Positions 14,101 to 26,639 are shown, counted from the first letter of the stretch. The stretch: DNA of 64,000 bases from Glaucostegus cemiculus (GCA_976551045.1 CDPCPM010000180.1:4216001-4280000), one strand, 5' to 3'. The notes: generated from the sequence alone by a model not told the origin. A program made the numbers and translations.

Positions 14101-15197
14101 AGTACACAGGAGCCGCGGTGCATGTTACATTAATCAGTGTCAGGGTAGTAAAACACAGAAATGAATATGAATTCACCACTTTCTGCAGGAGATAAATGTG
14201 CTGGTGAATAATTGATTAATGCTTAAAAAGAGGGCAAAAGAAGAGATGAACCAACCTCCCACCCCCGAAAAAAAAAGGCGTGGATGAAATTTGCAGGGGC
14301 TTCACAATGGATCCGCCGCGCTTGAAGTGCTCTTCATGCACTCTCCTTCTCTCCTGCTCCCAAATTAAAGTCCAGCAATAACTCCGGCTCAGTGTGCAGA
14401 GGTCGGGGGATGTGTGTGGGCGGGGTGTGTGAGTGCGCGTGTAGGGAGGGGAGGGGGGCAACCAGCGAATGGGTTGCTATGGAGCCACTAAAATACTTTT
14501 ATATACTTTGCATTCATCTACTTGGTAGTTCTGAGAAGGGTAACGGCGTTGCAATGTATTTACATTAGTCGCCAAAAGCATTTGCTTCCAATATCAATAG
14601 AGTCTTCTTTTCTGATAAAGGAACACGTCTCTAGGTCGCAATTTTCGTGAAGTATTTTGCCAGATATCGGCCTGTTTACTCGGGGGGACTGTCGCATTCC
14701 TCCATACTAATCGCAGCAAGATTTTAGTACATTATTGTTCCGGCATATCCACGATTGTAAAAATAATGTAATGACAATGAAGACTGCGGAGCAAGTTGTG
14801 AGTTCACCATCATACTGGCAATTACCTTACCTCACAAACGTTTTCAAGCAGCTGCCTGCGACGTGTCTGCGCGATCTAAGATTGTGAGAAAGCAACTGAC
14901 TGGTTCCCCAAACTCGTCTGATCCTGTTCCCACGTTTCAGATGAGAACGGCAGTGGCGGCAGGAGCTTCGTAATGCCAGCAAATGATATCCGCATTAAAA
15001 TAGTGGGATTAAAACTGATTCTTGGGGGGAGAGAAGGGAAGGGGCATTCTTACCAAGTATCATTTTTTTCAACCTTAACCCTGAATTATCAACTCGCAAA
15101 TTAACCCATTCTCAAATACACAAGGAGACGCTGAGCTTTTTTGCCCCTACTTAGTCTCCTATCAACTCGTTCAGAAATTCCTTCGCATCGCTTGGGA

Positions 15198-15357
15198 NNN
15201 NNNNNNNNNNNNNNNNNNNNNNNNNNNNNNNNNNNNNNNNNNNNNNNNNNNNNNNNNNNNNNNNNNNNNNNNNNNNNNNNNNNNNNNNNNNNNNNNNNNN
15301 NNNNNNNNNNNNNNNNNNNNNNNNNNNNNNNNNNNNNNNNNNNNNNNNNNNNNNNNN
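15198..15357. other. Assembly gap (N-run)
   Basis: Run of N. Confidence 1.
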
Positions 15358-15813
15358 ATGATAGGAATATTCCTATTCTATGTTCTGTGGAAGTTTTTTT
15401 GTTTAAGTGTCTCGGTTTGACGTTTGATTGGAAAGTTTGAATCTTATTTGGAGCAACATTAATTAAGACTTACGATCAACTTTCCCTATAATCTGGTACT
15501 ACAAAGGTGCATCCTTTGCTTGTTTTACGTTAATTTTATCGAGTATTTATAAATAAAAGTGCCATATATTTAAAATACTATTGGATAAGTGGTACAAAAG
15601 TCAACAGAAGTCTTCGTTTTCACCAGCGAGACCAAAAGATTTATACAGATGCAGCTCTTTTAAGGAACAATTAATTCTGGCGAAGATTTCAGAATTATCT
15701 CCTGCCAATCTACAGCTGTAACATTTTTTGCACAATTACTCTTCGCATGGATTACCGTTTTCCTGAACCTTACGGGAAATAAATGTGCGTTACAGTTGAT
15801 GAGGAATTACATT

Positions 15814-15948
15814 NNNNNNNNNNNNNNNNNNNNNNNNNNNNNNNNNNNNNNNNNNNNNNNNNNNNNNNNNNNNNNNNNNNNNNNNNNNNNNNNNNNNNNN
15901 NNNNNNNNNNNNNNNNNNNNNNNNNNNNNNNNNNNNNNNNNNNNNNNN
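15814..15948. other. Assembly gap (N-run)
   Basis: Run of N. Confidence 1.
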
Positions 15949-17000
15949 TCTGTCTTTATTCCACATAATAGTCAGATGTCTGGTTAGATGAGCGGTGTTT
16001 GCAACAGCCAGTTCCGACTATCTGGCAGTCTTGTCTGCTCTCGGCTCCCTGAATGGCTGGAACAGGGTGTGTTGGAAAATAATAGAAGGCATCGGGAAAC
16101 GCGCATGGATGGGTGGGGAGTGAGTCTGTTTTGCACCAAGCAATTATTTGAAAACAGTGGTGATTAGTTTATGTTTAAGTTCGATGTGCTTCGTGAATTT
16201 AGAGTTTTCCAAACAGTCTTAAAATCAGGGAAATGTGTGGGAAGTGATTAAATCCACAAAGTTTACGGGTGGATTAGATGAGAGACCGGCTGCAAATGCA
16301 TCTTTTCTTCGGTTGATTCAAAGCGAATCAAATTCCAAACCGCGTTTAAAAAGTGCAAGCAGCATCTCCCGACTTCAGTGCAAGTGAGACGTTTAAAATC
16401 CTCCCAGATCCCGCTCTTTCTAAAACACCCCGGGCCGAGAGAGTGTTTTGTCTCCTTTCGCATTCCACAAAATATGTCTATTGTTGGTATTTTAATGAAT
16501 GTCTAAGACAGGAAACAACAGCAGCAACTAAAATAAAACTACCCGTAGGGGCCATTCTCTCCCTGTCCAAAGTGAACACTCAGTCTTTGATGATGCTCTC
16601 TGTTAATTCTTTATTATTCTGGTAATTTTGGAAATTACAGGTTTTTTAGACACTCTAAAATGTCAGTGGAAAAAAATGCAATCAATGCATGGGTGCATAC
16701 GTGCGTATGGGGGTAGGTGGTTGGTGACTGAGGTTAGCCTTCAAATCATATAAATCTGAAAGTGAAGTGTGCAAAATCCCAACAGGTTAAGTGTAAGAAA
16801 TCCCTGTTCAAAGAGCATGAGAGGATTAGAGGATCCCTAGTGTGGTGGGACAAGATTGCGGCAAAGCAGTAATGTGGCGCTGGGCTGTAATGAGACCACG
16901 ACAGACAGCATGCAATTGAGTTCTCGATCTCTTTTCTGGCGAGTGTGAAGACACCCCGCAACAACGCTCTGGGGATAGGTGCTCGGTCAATGTGTAAAAT

Positions 17001-17211
17001 NNNNNNNNNNNNNNNNNNNNNNNNNNNNNNNNNNNNNNNNNNNNNNNNNNNNNNNNNNNNNNNNNNNNNNNNNNNNNNNNNNNNNNNNNNNNNNNNNNNN
17101 NNNNNNNNNNNNNNNNNNNNNNNNNNNNNNNNNNNNNNNNNNNNNNNNNNNNNNNNNNNNNNNNNNNNNNNNNNNNNNNNNNNNNNNNNNNNNNNNNNNN
17201 NNNNNNNNNNN
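17001..17211. other. Assembly gap (N-run)
   Basis: Run of N. Confidence 1.
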
Positions 17212-17413
17212 ACAAACGAGTTTGAGATAAGGCTGCAACTCCAAAACTTTCCGCTGAGATTATAAGTGAAGCATCTGAAGCGGCGACACTGTGGAGTGCG
17301 TGACTTGAAGTGCTCTACACTGCAAACTCGAGCCCCGTTTATATCTACTGTGTGAGCTTGCTGGGGCAATAGCTTTCTCCCGTGTGAGAGGGCTGGTTTC
17401 ATTGGTAAGGGGC

Positions 17414-17575
17414 AGAAAACTACAGATACTGGTAGTCTGAAATAAAGGTAACGCTGAAAACGCTCAGCAGTTCAGGCAGCATCTGTGGAGAATTAAACGG
17501 GAGGTTAACCATAAAGTTATAGGGCTCTGACAACAGCTCATAGACCTGACGCGTTAACATTGTTTCCTGTGCATC
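17414..17575. repeat. Partial copy of the palindromic repeat family
   Basis: gaaaactacagatactgg...gctgaaaacgctcagcagttcaggcagcatctgtggag. Confidence 0.65.
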
Positions 17576-18999
17576 GAACCTTTCCTCGTTTTGCTTCACA
17601 AGTACATTCCCTACCAACCTGTGCAAATATTGCGAGCCCTTGTGCATAGTTTACACTTTGGGTAGGCATTGTGAGTCTCCCTCACATCATGTGCGTCAGT
17701 GCTCCGAGTACTTCACAATGAATCTCCCCTTGGCTGACGTATAAGACGGGCAGTGAAGTGTGCGTCCGAGCTGCCTTTCCCGCCGCTCATGGTGCTATCC
17801 ATAGAGGGAGCTGTAGCCTCACAGTTCCCGCACGCATCCATTCTCAGCTGCTTCAACGCGGCAGCAAGCCTGCGCTCAAACCCAGCACGCCACGTCAAAA
17901 TTAGCAACGTCTCCTCCGAAAGAGATGGGTTTTCTTCCAGTGTGAACTGAAACTCCATCTAACTCAGACAACCCCGTGACAACGTGGAGTTAAGGCAATC
18001 GTACACTGTCCAGGCTCCGCAAGGAAAGAGCGTTGGCATTAAATAAAATGCAAGGTGTTTTAAAGCACAATACATTTGATAATCTGCTGTTTGAGAAATG
18101 GAGAGAGTTAGGGTCTGATAACCGAAATAAGTTATTATTTTATAGCTGGTTTGGAAACGTCTCCAGTGACTCAGTTCTGGGCTGACGCACAGTGTGTTTT
18201 ACCCAGCTTTGATATAATCATTGACGATCCAAGCATTATCAATTAAAGACATTTTTTTAGGAAAAAAATCAACATTTGAAGTATGACGGTTCATTATTCT
18301 GCAGTCAATATACACCGTCGATCTTTTTCATTGACCTATCTGCAATCCGTCACAACCTCTCAAAGACAATTTCGGTAAATAACAGTATGGGAAAATGCAT
18401 CCAATGCGAAGAGAGAGATCAAATATAATCTCTTTTTTCATAACCTTATACAAATGACATACAGCGCGGTCTGTGTTTCAGTACAAATGATAATGTAACA
18501 TTATCGCTCGGAAGGAAGAGGTGCTTTTTTTGTGTGTGCATGTCGCACAGCAACAGAGAGCATGATTCCCAATGAAGTAAGATCAGTCAAACAATCGATA
18601 CATGGAGCCCTGATGCTTTGTTAATATTTTATTTCACAGTTGCTATTATTTCCGATACGTGATGAGCTTGTCTTTTTAACTCCCCCACCTCCCTGTTTGG
18701 ACACAGCCTTCCCATATTATTTTTTAATTGCTTTAGCAGCTGTTTGCTTCATAGAGCTCCCCCTTTTCCACTAGGAGCAGCCATCTGTCGAGTTAGTAGC
18801 ACCTTAAAGGTCACTGATTGGTTTCATAGGGGACCGAGAGAATAAACACTGAGACATTTACTTTGCTGAGTTCTCAGCCTGGTTTGGAACCGTTTTCTGT
18901 CGCCTGGCCTTTTTTTTGTTAGTCAACGGTACATTTTAAGTAAAATAATCCTGATAACATCAACAAAAACTGTGACTACGAAAATAAACTCAGGTCACC

Positions 19000-19002
<3 letters not shown>

Positions 19003-19062
<60 letters not shown>
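19003..19062. repeat. (CA)n microsatellite
   Basis: About 30 CA units with one interruption. Confidence 0.98.
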
Positions 19063-19170
19063 TTCATAAATGCAGTGGCATTCTTCAAAAACTCTGTGAA
19101 ATGAGACCTTTTTGAAAATTAATATAATTGCCACGTAAGGTTACAGGGAGCTCGTTCTAATATCTTTTAG

Positions 19171-19176
19171 TTTATT
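19171..19176 (-). terminator. Probable Irx1 polyadenylation signal AATAAA
   Basis: tttatt on the + strand about 330 nt past the stop codon, at the end of an AT-rich 3'UTR, followed downstream by a (TG)n tract. Confidence 0.65.
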
Positions 19177-19504
19177 AGACAAAAATATATGATTTGACAA
19201 GTTCTGCTCACACGCTTATTTACAATTATAATCACTCTATATACATAAAATATTGGACGTGGGAAAAATAATTACCAAACCAATAATAATCGCGTCAAGA
19301 AAAAAATCAATTAGAATAACACGTGCTGATATGTTACAATGTCAAATAAATCGTTATATATTTGTCAAGTTTCTGAAAGGGTTTTTGCATTGCCCGACTC
19401 TGGCGATACAAAAGGATGAAGTAAATTTTCTCTTTTTTTTCTTTTTTAAAAATCTTTTTCCATTTTCTTCTTTGTTTTCGTTTACTCCCCCCTGTAAAAC
19501 TTTC

Positions 19505-19559
19505 TCAGACGGATGAGATTCCTGCTAAAACTCTTGTCCCTTCCTGCTGAGACCGTGAG
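19505..19559 (-). CDS. irx1: Iroquois homeobox 1, coding exon 4 (SSRSQQEGTRVLAGISSV*)
   Basis: Acceptor tgttctttcag|C and stop TGA at 19507-19505. Resembles the IRX1 end (QEGTPRILAALPSA), which favours Irx1 over Irx3. Confidence 0.9.
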
Positions 19560-19820
19560 CTGAAAGAACAAAAGCATGAAAGTATCTGAATGACCAGCCA
19601 TATAAGATATTGTGTAAATACTTTGTGGCTCTAAACCAGATTAAAATATAAGGTTCAGATCCAGTAAAGACGGCCTGCAATTGTAAAATGCATAAATGGC
19701 CACAATTGCTCCCAGGTCATTTTTTTCTTTACAACAATTAAACAATCCTCGTGTTGCGTGGCAAAGCAGTGGCGGGGAACCTGCCTTTCTTTTCTTGTTG
19801 TATTAAATCCTAAAACTTAC

Positions 19821-19890
19821 CTTTCGCTTACGGGCTGAAATGATATTTTTAGTTGCTGTGATGGAGATTCGCCTGGAATACAATCTCTAT
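19821..19890 (-). CDS. irx1: Iroquois homeobox 1, coding exon 3 (DRDCIPGESPSQQLKISFQPVSE)
   Basis: Acceptor tcttttccag|AT and donor GAAAG|gtaagt, 70 nt, phases fit exons 2 and 4. The peptide resembles the IRX1 C-terminal DRD...SPAQQLKSPFQPV motif. Not in the ORF track; read manually. Confidence 0.92.
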
Positions 19891-20101
19891 CTGGAAAAGA
19901 AAAAAAAAACATTTCAGATCAGTCATCAAGAGTTTAGCTTTGAAGTTTTATAAAGTAGTTTGAGAGAGGGAGGGGGCAAACAGCGGCACTTCAAATTTTA
20001 AGTTCAGTACGTTGTTGAGCGCTGTCAGATCTGGTTTTAATTGGGAGTTGAATATATATTAAGCATGTGAAGCTTGCTGGAGGGTGATGAGTGTAAAATA
20101 C

Positions 20102-21089
20102 CTGTGTGTTTTGGACTGGGTATATCTGTGGATTTTTCATGGCTCACTGCTCCAAGGGCTGCCGTTAGCACAGTAGACTGCTGCTGCTGAGGATGTTGCG
20201 GATGATGGTGGTGATGATGGTGATTTGCCCCCAGAAAAGACCTAACATTTAGCAAAGAGTTCTGGCCCAGGAAAGCACCGTTCGTCCAGTTGTGAAACTT
20301 GCTGATCTGACAGGTGTAGAGTCCGTGGTTTGAGAGAAAGGCCGGGTGCTGGATGGTCGACTGCGTGTGGCTGGTTGGTGAAGATTTCTGGGCAATATCT
20401 GGACTGGTCGCAGTCTCTGCCAAAGACCAGATTTTCGGTTTGCTGTGATTTGGGATCAGCAAATTCCCCTGCCCTAGTGAAATCCCCCTGGTGCCATTGC
20501 TTTCGGCAACACTTCCAGCCACTCTGTCCGCCTCCCTTGCTTTACTGTCAACAGCAGACCCTTGCAAAGTCCGATCGTGCCCGCTCTCCAAATCCACTTT
20601 CTCTCCCTCGCCACTGGGCTTCAGTTTTTCCTCTTCCTCTCCGTTGCTTTGCTCCTCGTCGTTTTCGTCGATTTTGTCGATATCGATACTTTCCAGGTCA
20701 ATCTCCTCGTCCTCCTCTTTCTTCTCGTTCTCCCCTTCCGTGTCACTGCCGTAAAGAGTACTGTCATCTTCTTTATTCCGGGCACCCCAGGTCATTTTAT
20801 TCTCCTTCTTGAGTCTCCTCCTGGCGTTGGCGAACCAAGTGGAGACCTGGGTCAGGGTCATCTTGGTGATGATGGCCAGCATGATCTTCTCCCCTTTGGT
20901 CGGGTAGGGGTTCTTCCTGTGCTCGTTGAGCCAGGCTTTGAGAGTGCTTGTGCTCTCCCGGGTTGCATTCTTAGGTCTGGCCGGGTCTCCGTACTGGAAC
21001 TGTCCATAGGGGTAATAGGCAGGAGCCGCATGGGCTGCAAACGTGGCCGGGTGAACCCCGGGATTATCCTTTAATTCGTACTGAGAGCC
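20102..21089 (-). CDS. irx1: Iroquois homeobox 1, coding exon 2 (TALE homeodomain, acidic region, IRO box)
   Basis: Acceptor ttctgttgcag|GGC at 21089. Contains the homeodomain [60 protein letters not shown], the acidic [14 protein letters not shown], the IRO box [15 protein letters not shown] and the Irx1-type [31 protein letters not shown]. Donor ACAG|gtattt at 20101. 988 nt. Confidence 0.97.
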
Positions 21090-23589
21090 CTGCAACAGAA
21101 ACACACAAAGGAGTGGGGTGTGGGTGAGGGAGAGAGAGAGGGAGGGAGAGAGAGAAACCAGGGTTGGGGTGTTAATAAAGAACAGACCCATACTTGATGT
21201 TACCTAACGCAAAGTATTTATACTGAAGAGTTCGCCACAGGGAGAGGGCACACACGAATAATACAAAGTTACTATTTTTCAAGCTCGTCTTTATGGGAAT
21301 GAATTCTACGTTTTGAAGTTAAAATCAAATAAAAAATAAACTTTTTACAAGATAAGGACGAAAGAAATAGGATTGCCAAAACAGTATAACGAAACCAAAT
21401 GCTAATGTTATAACATAGAAGTTAAATTAAAATTTCGAAGCTGGTGCACACTTAACACCACAAACACCACTGGCCGCGAAATCTGTGCAGCTGCGATAAA
21501 AGTTCAAAATCATACGTGTGAATAAATTAGAATTTATTATAGAAAACTAGGGACTCAGTTTAAGTCTTATATAATCACTTCAAATTATGGAACTTTAAAC
21601 GTAATGTGAAGATCAGTGGTACAAACAAATGTTCCTCAACCATTCCTTCTGTTTTGAGACAGTTTATTCAGATCAACATGCTCGAAATATTAGAAAAGTT
21701 GAACTTTCTATAAGGTCCTCGATTTTCGGGGTGGGGAGGGGGGTAGTTTGGACCCACGGCTTTATAGTAGTCACGTCATTTATTTTAAGATTGTGTCTTT
21801 GGGGAAAAAAACGTGCAGGAGAAGAAATATGATATAGTAAGTTTTTGTTTGATTGTCTTTCAACAGTTTAAAAATAAGTTACACCGACATATTAGAAAAT
21901 ACTGTGCCACTTCAAATGCCCGTCCGGTTTGCACATGTATACGTCTGTATCTCTATTTTTCATTTTGGAAGGATTTTTAATGTGAATTAAAAAGTTGGAA
22001 ACATGACATCATTCAGTTCTCACTGAGATGGCCGCAGTGTAAACATTGCAAAAGAATGCGGTCATTTTGTGCATCTTTATTATTCGAAATGCAACACGTT
22101 TAAGGTACAGACACCACAGGAAACATTTTTTTTAGATTCTTGTAAACATCCATTCATTTAATCTTGAAAGTCTCGATATTCATTTCTCCCCTTTCTCCTG
22201 ACAAACACCGTGCAGTAACTCTTCCACAGGCCTTTTTAATTCTCAATTACTCTTTTTTTTACACGAACGCTGTTTTTTTTTCATTTTATGTGATACAGTG
22301 CAAGGCACTCAGTCATAAATAATTACAAATAATCTCAAATGTGTTGGGAAACCAGCATGAATTTAAATTCGACTGCAGTGCGTGCGCCCTGTTTCAAGAG
22401 AAGATTGAACAGGGCGCTCGGATTAGCATGAAGACAACAGGGAATCTTCAGAACTAACTATGGAATCAGTGGCCACCGTTCAATATTTCGCAGGTAATTG
22501 TTCCGGGCTGATCTCAAAATTCCTCTTGCATTTAATTCTGTCTCGAAATGAGATTATTTTATTTCCACCGCAGTGAATGTATGCTAAATCCTTATTCCCA
22601 GAGGCGAGAGACTATTACCCAGATCACCGAATTTGCCTGATTATTTTAATTGTTTGAAGAAAAAAGAAAAGGTTTAGAAAAAGAGCTATTGTCTTCGAGG
22701 GTATTATTTCTGTTTACAGTTCTAAAATCTGACTGAGCCGAATTTGCAACGATTCTTTATATATTTTCAAGTTTACATAATATAAAAAAACCAGATTCTA
22801 TTAATTGAGAAACTTTTGAGCATTTTATTGGTATCGTTTAACAGTAGTAATTATATTAGATTAGACAAATAATATGAAAATAATTCGCCGTAATATTGTC
22901 TGCAGCACAATAAGAAATGGGATACATTCACTGAATGTGTCGTACAGATACTAGGTTAAAGCAACACTCCATTTCTAATTGCGGGTTGCATATATTAACT
23001 GCAGGCTCGAGCGGAACTCACACAACTTTGGCCTACTTTGTCTAAGACGAAACTAAAACAACAACCGCTGCCACCGTTGCGGAATAAATTGAAGACGCAG
23101 CCACGTTTATAAATCAGTGAATACAATGATAAGAGTTTCAAACGTGTCCGTGCGCGGAGTTGACAACAAAAAAAGAACTGAAAATACGGGCGGATGAAAG
23201 AGAATGCCAAACTCTCCAAAGCTGGTTTCTAATCTTCTCTACCCACGGGACTTTTGTTCAGAATCGCACTGTTGTCGGAGGTAGTAGGTGAAACTTTTAA
23301 TTGTGGCGGTTCTAAAAGAAAGCATAACGCTCGCCATGTAATGATAGCACGCTCGCCGATACCACAGGCATCAACAGTGCCTCGGTACTTTAGAAGGTCG
23401 GTGTTCTAATGAAAATAATAAATGCAACTGTTTCTGGCCGTATGCTTTTTTACATATATGTGAACATCCGCCCGACAAAGGTTTGATTCAGTTTAAGTGT
23501 GCAATGGGATTTTTTAATATAATCATTTACGTTAAACGTTTTGCTGAGAATGGTCGGTTCGAAGTGTTGTAAAGACTGATCGCACTTAC

Positions 23590-23817
23590 CATTTGGGAGA
23601 ACATGGTGAGATCGGTGGTGTAGGGGAGGAAAGCGCTGTAGTTCTGGGCTGTGTAAGGGTTTGCATACATTCCCAACACGGAGGTTACAGCAGCGGCGGG
23701 ATTAGCCCCAAGCTCGGCTCCTCCTCGGGAAGAAGCCAGTACTCCCTGCCGATCGGCAGCGTAAACAGCCTGGCTTGCACTGAGATACTGAGGGTACCCG
23801 AGCTGAGGGAAGGCCAT
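23590..23817 (-). CDS. irx1: Iroquois homeobox 1, coding exon 1 ([11 protein letters not shown]...TMFSQM)
   Basis: ATG at 23817-23815. N-terminus [12 protein letters not shown] is typical of Irx1/Irx3. The exon ends ATG|gtaagt with a canonical donor at 23589, phase 0, 228 nt. The ORF-track start at 23865 is a TTG. Confidence 0.95.
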
Positions 23818-24600
23818 CTCCTGAGAAGAGATCTTCACGAACTCAGAAAAATGACACAATGACAAGCAATAAAAACTCGCTTCCGATCGCTTCCAAATCC
23901 CGTTTCTTTTTGTCCTGGCCCGCAGAATCTTCCTGTAAGCGATCTGATCGCTAATTCAACTCCAACTGATGTGTCTGCCCATAGGTCCTGGCAGATCCGT
24001 AGATATCATTTGAAGTTGATGCTTTGACTGACAGGTTACTTTAGCGGCAAGCCCCTCCTAGTTTGGAACATGTGGCTTCGCACAGTTGGGCCACGTTGTG
24101 TTGTGTTGTGTTAAATGTTTTGCATTCGGATCTATTCAGTGAAGCACCCACTGGTGTATGACAACCTGTCTACATGATTTTGCAGTTGTCCAACACTGTT
24201 TGTTCCCTTCTTAAACCTTCTCGAGTCCCTTTCTCTTGCACATATTCTCGGGTTATTTTCTCCCCACCGCTCTCTCCCAGCGCTCCCTCCCCTCCATGTA
24301 ACAAGTGCCAACAACTCGCTCCCAAGCGCAATATGTAATACACATGCCTAGGGTAGCTGTATAAACAAGACCAATAGGCAAATCTGGAACTGCACACAGA
24401 TTTCCCAGAAAAATAACACTGACAAAAAAGTCAAAAAGATAGATAATGATCAATTACCCAAAATGACAGGAAATTTGAGCGTTTAAAATAATGTAAATGC
24501 AATGACAGGTCGCATTAATTAGCCGGATAAAAGAGTCCGTGGAATAACAAATACCAGAAAATTAATTATTCATATAGTTTTAAACAGACCAGACCAACAG
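23818..24600 (-). promoter_or_regulatory. Irx1 5'UTR and proximal promoter
   Basis: Immediately upstream of the ATG. CpG-containing, CCAAT at 24371-24375, several TGACAG (TALE-type) and TAATTA motifs. The transcription start cannot be determined from sequence. Confidence 0.55.
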
Positions 24601-26639
24601 CGGGTCCGTTTTACCAGTCTTTTCTCGTCGTGAAGTCTGCATTTGCTTTAGTGCAACATTTCTCACAATTGTCTCCTGTTTATTTTATTTTCCCACACTC
24701 AGCAGGGACAACGTTTTTGGCATGCATCCATAAACACTGATTATCATTAATATTATTTCTTGAAGACATTAGGCGCTGGCAAAGTTTTTTTTAAGCATGA
24801 ATTGCAGTACTTTTGGACACTTGCTTCTTTCTGCGTATTTATCTGGACTGGTTCTGTCTTCAGGTGCATCATAGACCTTGCTGTAGATGTTGGCAGGGAC
24901 TATGCATGATATGTAATAGACACTAAACTACACCTGAATTCTAAGTGGCATCTAAATAACTTGTGACTGTTAAAACTAAATACACGGCTTCTGACGTATT
25001 CATCCATTCACTTTGCGTCAAGACACTGCCGAGTTTTGCAGAGTTCACAACAGTTTAATCCGGAAGATCATCGTAATTTGACACAGTTTGTACGTGTTAA
25101 ATATTGAATGCCTTCCAGAGGGCCCTGACCGTCCTCCGCAACTCCCTGATAAACGGAGGGTTGCCCATTGAAGGAGGGATTATTCTCTGCACGAATGAAA
25201 ACAAACTGCTGTTTAAACGAGGAAGAAGGAAGTAGTGCGTCATTACACACCTAAACCTGCACCCAATTCTCCGCGCATTTACATACACATTTAATTGAAA
25301 CCCAATATTTAACTAGAGATTGCTTCTAAAGTCTATCGAAATGTAATATTTTATTGTTGATATCTTGGAGTCCATATTATCGAGTTAGAAGCAGGAAATG
25401 ACAAGGAAATGGCCCCTGTGTCAGTTAATTGAGCATTTACTTTGCCCCTTGTGATATCCTAGATAGGTGTCCGGACTTTCCGGATCTCACCTTCGTCCCG
25501 CTCTCTAGTCCGCATGTAACCCACACCCAGTTCGAAGTTGATTACCCGCAACTTACCTCTAAACTATTGTTGCCCACCCGCAGGGCAACCTGGCCACTTA
25601 GTAGAACAATCAATCACACAAACCACTTTGATATATCACTTAACAAACTTTCAAGACAGTACCATCGCATTGTAATCACATGATTATAAAATGAAATACT
25701 TTTCTGGTTCTCTCAATTAAGACAAAATTTAACATTCGAGGGTACGTGTAAAGCAAATCCATCTTCCACATCTAACTTTTGTTTGGTAATCCTGCATTAT
25801 CTTTAGTGTTGGAATCAATGGTATTAATCCGATACGCCCTCTTTAGTCTGAGTAAATCACAGCGGAATGGTATCGTTTTAAAATAGAGAGAATCAACGTG
25901 CCAGCAAACAATCGCATGAGAAAAAAAAAGTTCAACGCGCCAAATTACTGCAATTTAAAGTAATCATAATATTAAATCGAATGGTGTACGTTGAAGATGA
26001 CAAAGTGATGGCAGCATTTGCCGTGACTGCTACAGGTATCCGTGGCAAATGAAGTGGTGCGTCCGTCCGAATGTAATATGGATACACGAGTCCCACAGAG
26101 TGAAATGAATCTCTGAATAAACCTCCCGGGAAAGGGTACTCGTCAGATTACAATGAGTTGATAGTATTTGGGGAACTTTACTTGCCACCTGAGAGAGAAA
26201 AAAAATAAAATAATGTCACTAGGAGTAAATAGACAAAAACGTGGATAAATGAATAAATCATGCAACTGCCAACTCTATGCCCCATAATCACACTGAGAAG
26301 GCTACTAACAAAAATGTTCATTTTAATCACTATTCAAACGGGTATTGGTAGCCTAGAAACATCCAGATAATGGTGGAGATTAGCACTTTTTTAAATCAAA
26401 TAATGACCAAAATATGTATACTTAGATATCGGTACAACAATAATATGGCTGAAATTTAACACCAGTGCTGGAAGATGTATGACTCTACCCATTTTTGTTT
26501 CAATTCATCAGCAGAATGGAGGTTGCTGGCACGGTCGAATTGACCTAGAACCAGGGACGCTGTTGACAGAGAACCACCTTGGTGGGTCTTGGGTCACACG
26601 TAGACCACAACAGGTAAGGAAGGCCAATGTCCATAAAGA

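Noticed and set aside
20037-20101. C-terminus [21 protein letters not shown] as the true end of Irx1
   Set aside because: Intron 2 read-through. Spliced exons 3 and 4 give the conserved IRX1 C-terminus.
20330-21074. Plus-strand ORFs of 160, 87 and 170 aa overlapping Irx1 exon 2
   Set aside because: Antisense shadows of a GC-rich coding exon with no recognisable protein features.
21090-21191. N-terminal 34 aa of the 384-aa ORF (MGLFFINT...)
   Set aside because: Intron 1 polypyrimidine tract read through. The real exon starts at the AG acceptor before 21089.
19505-23817. Assignment as Irx3
   Set aside because: The post-IRO-box motif and the C-terminal QEGT-R-LA sequence fit Irx1 better. A phylogeny would be definitive.
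23818-23865. 16-aa N-terminal extension of Irx1
   Set aside because: The ORF-track start is TTG. The conserved Irx1 start is MAFPQ at 23817.
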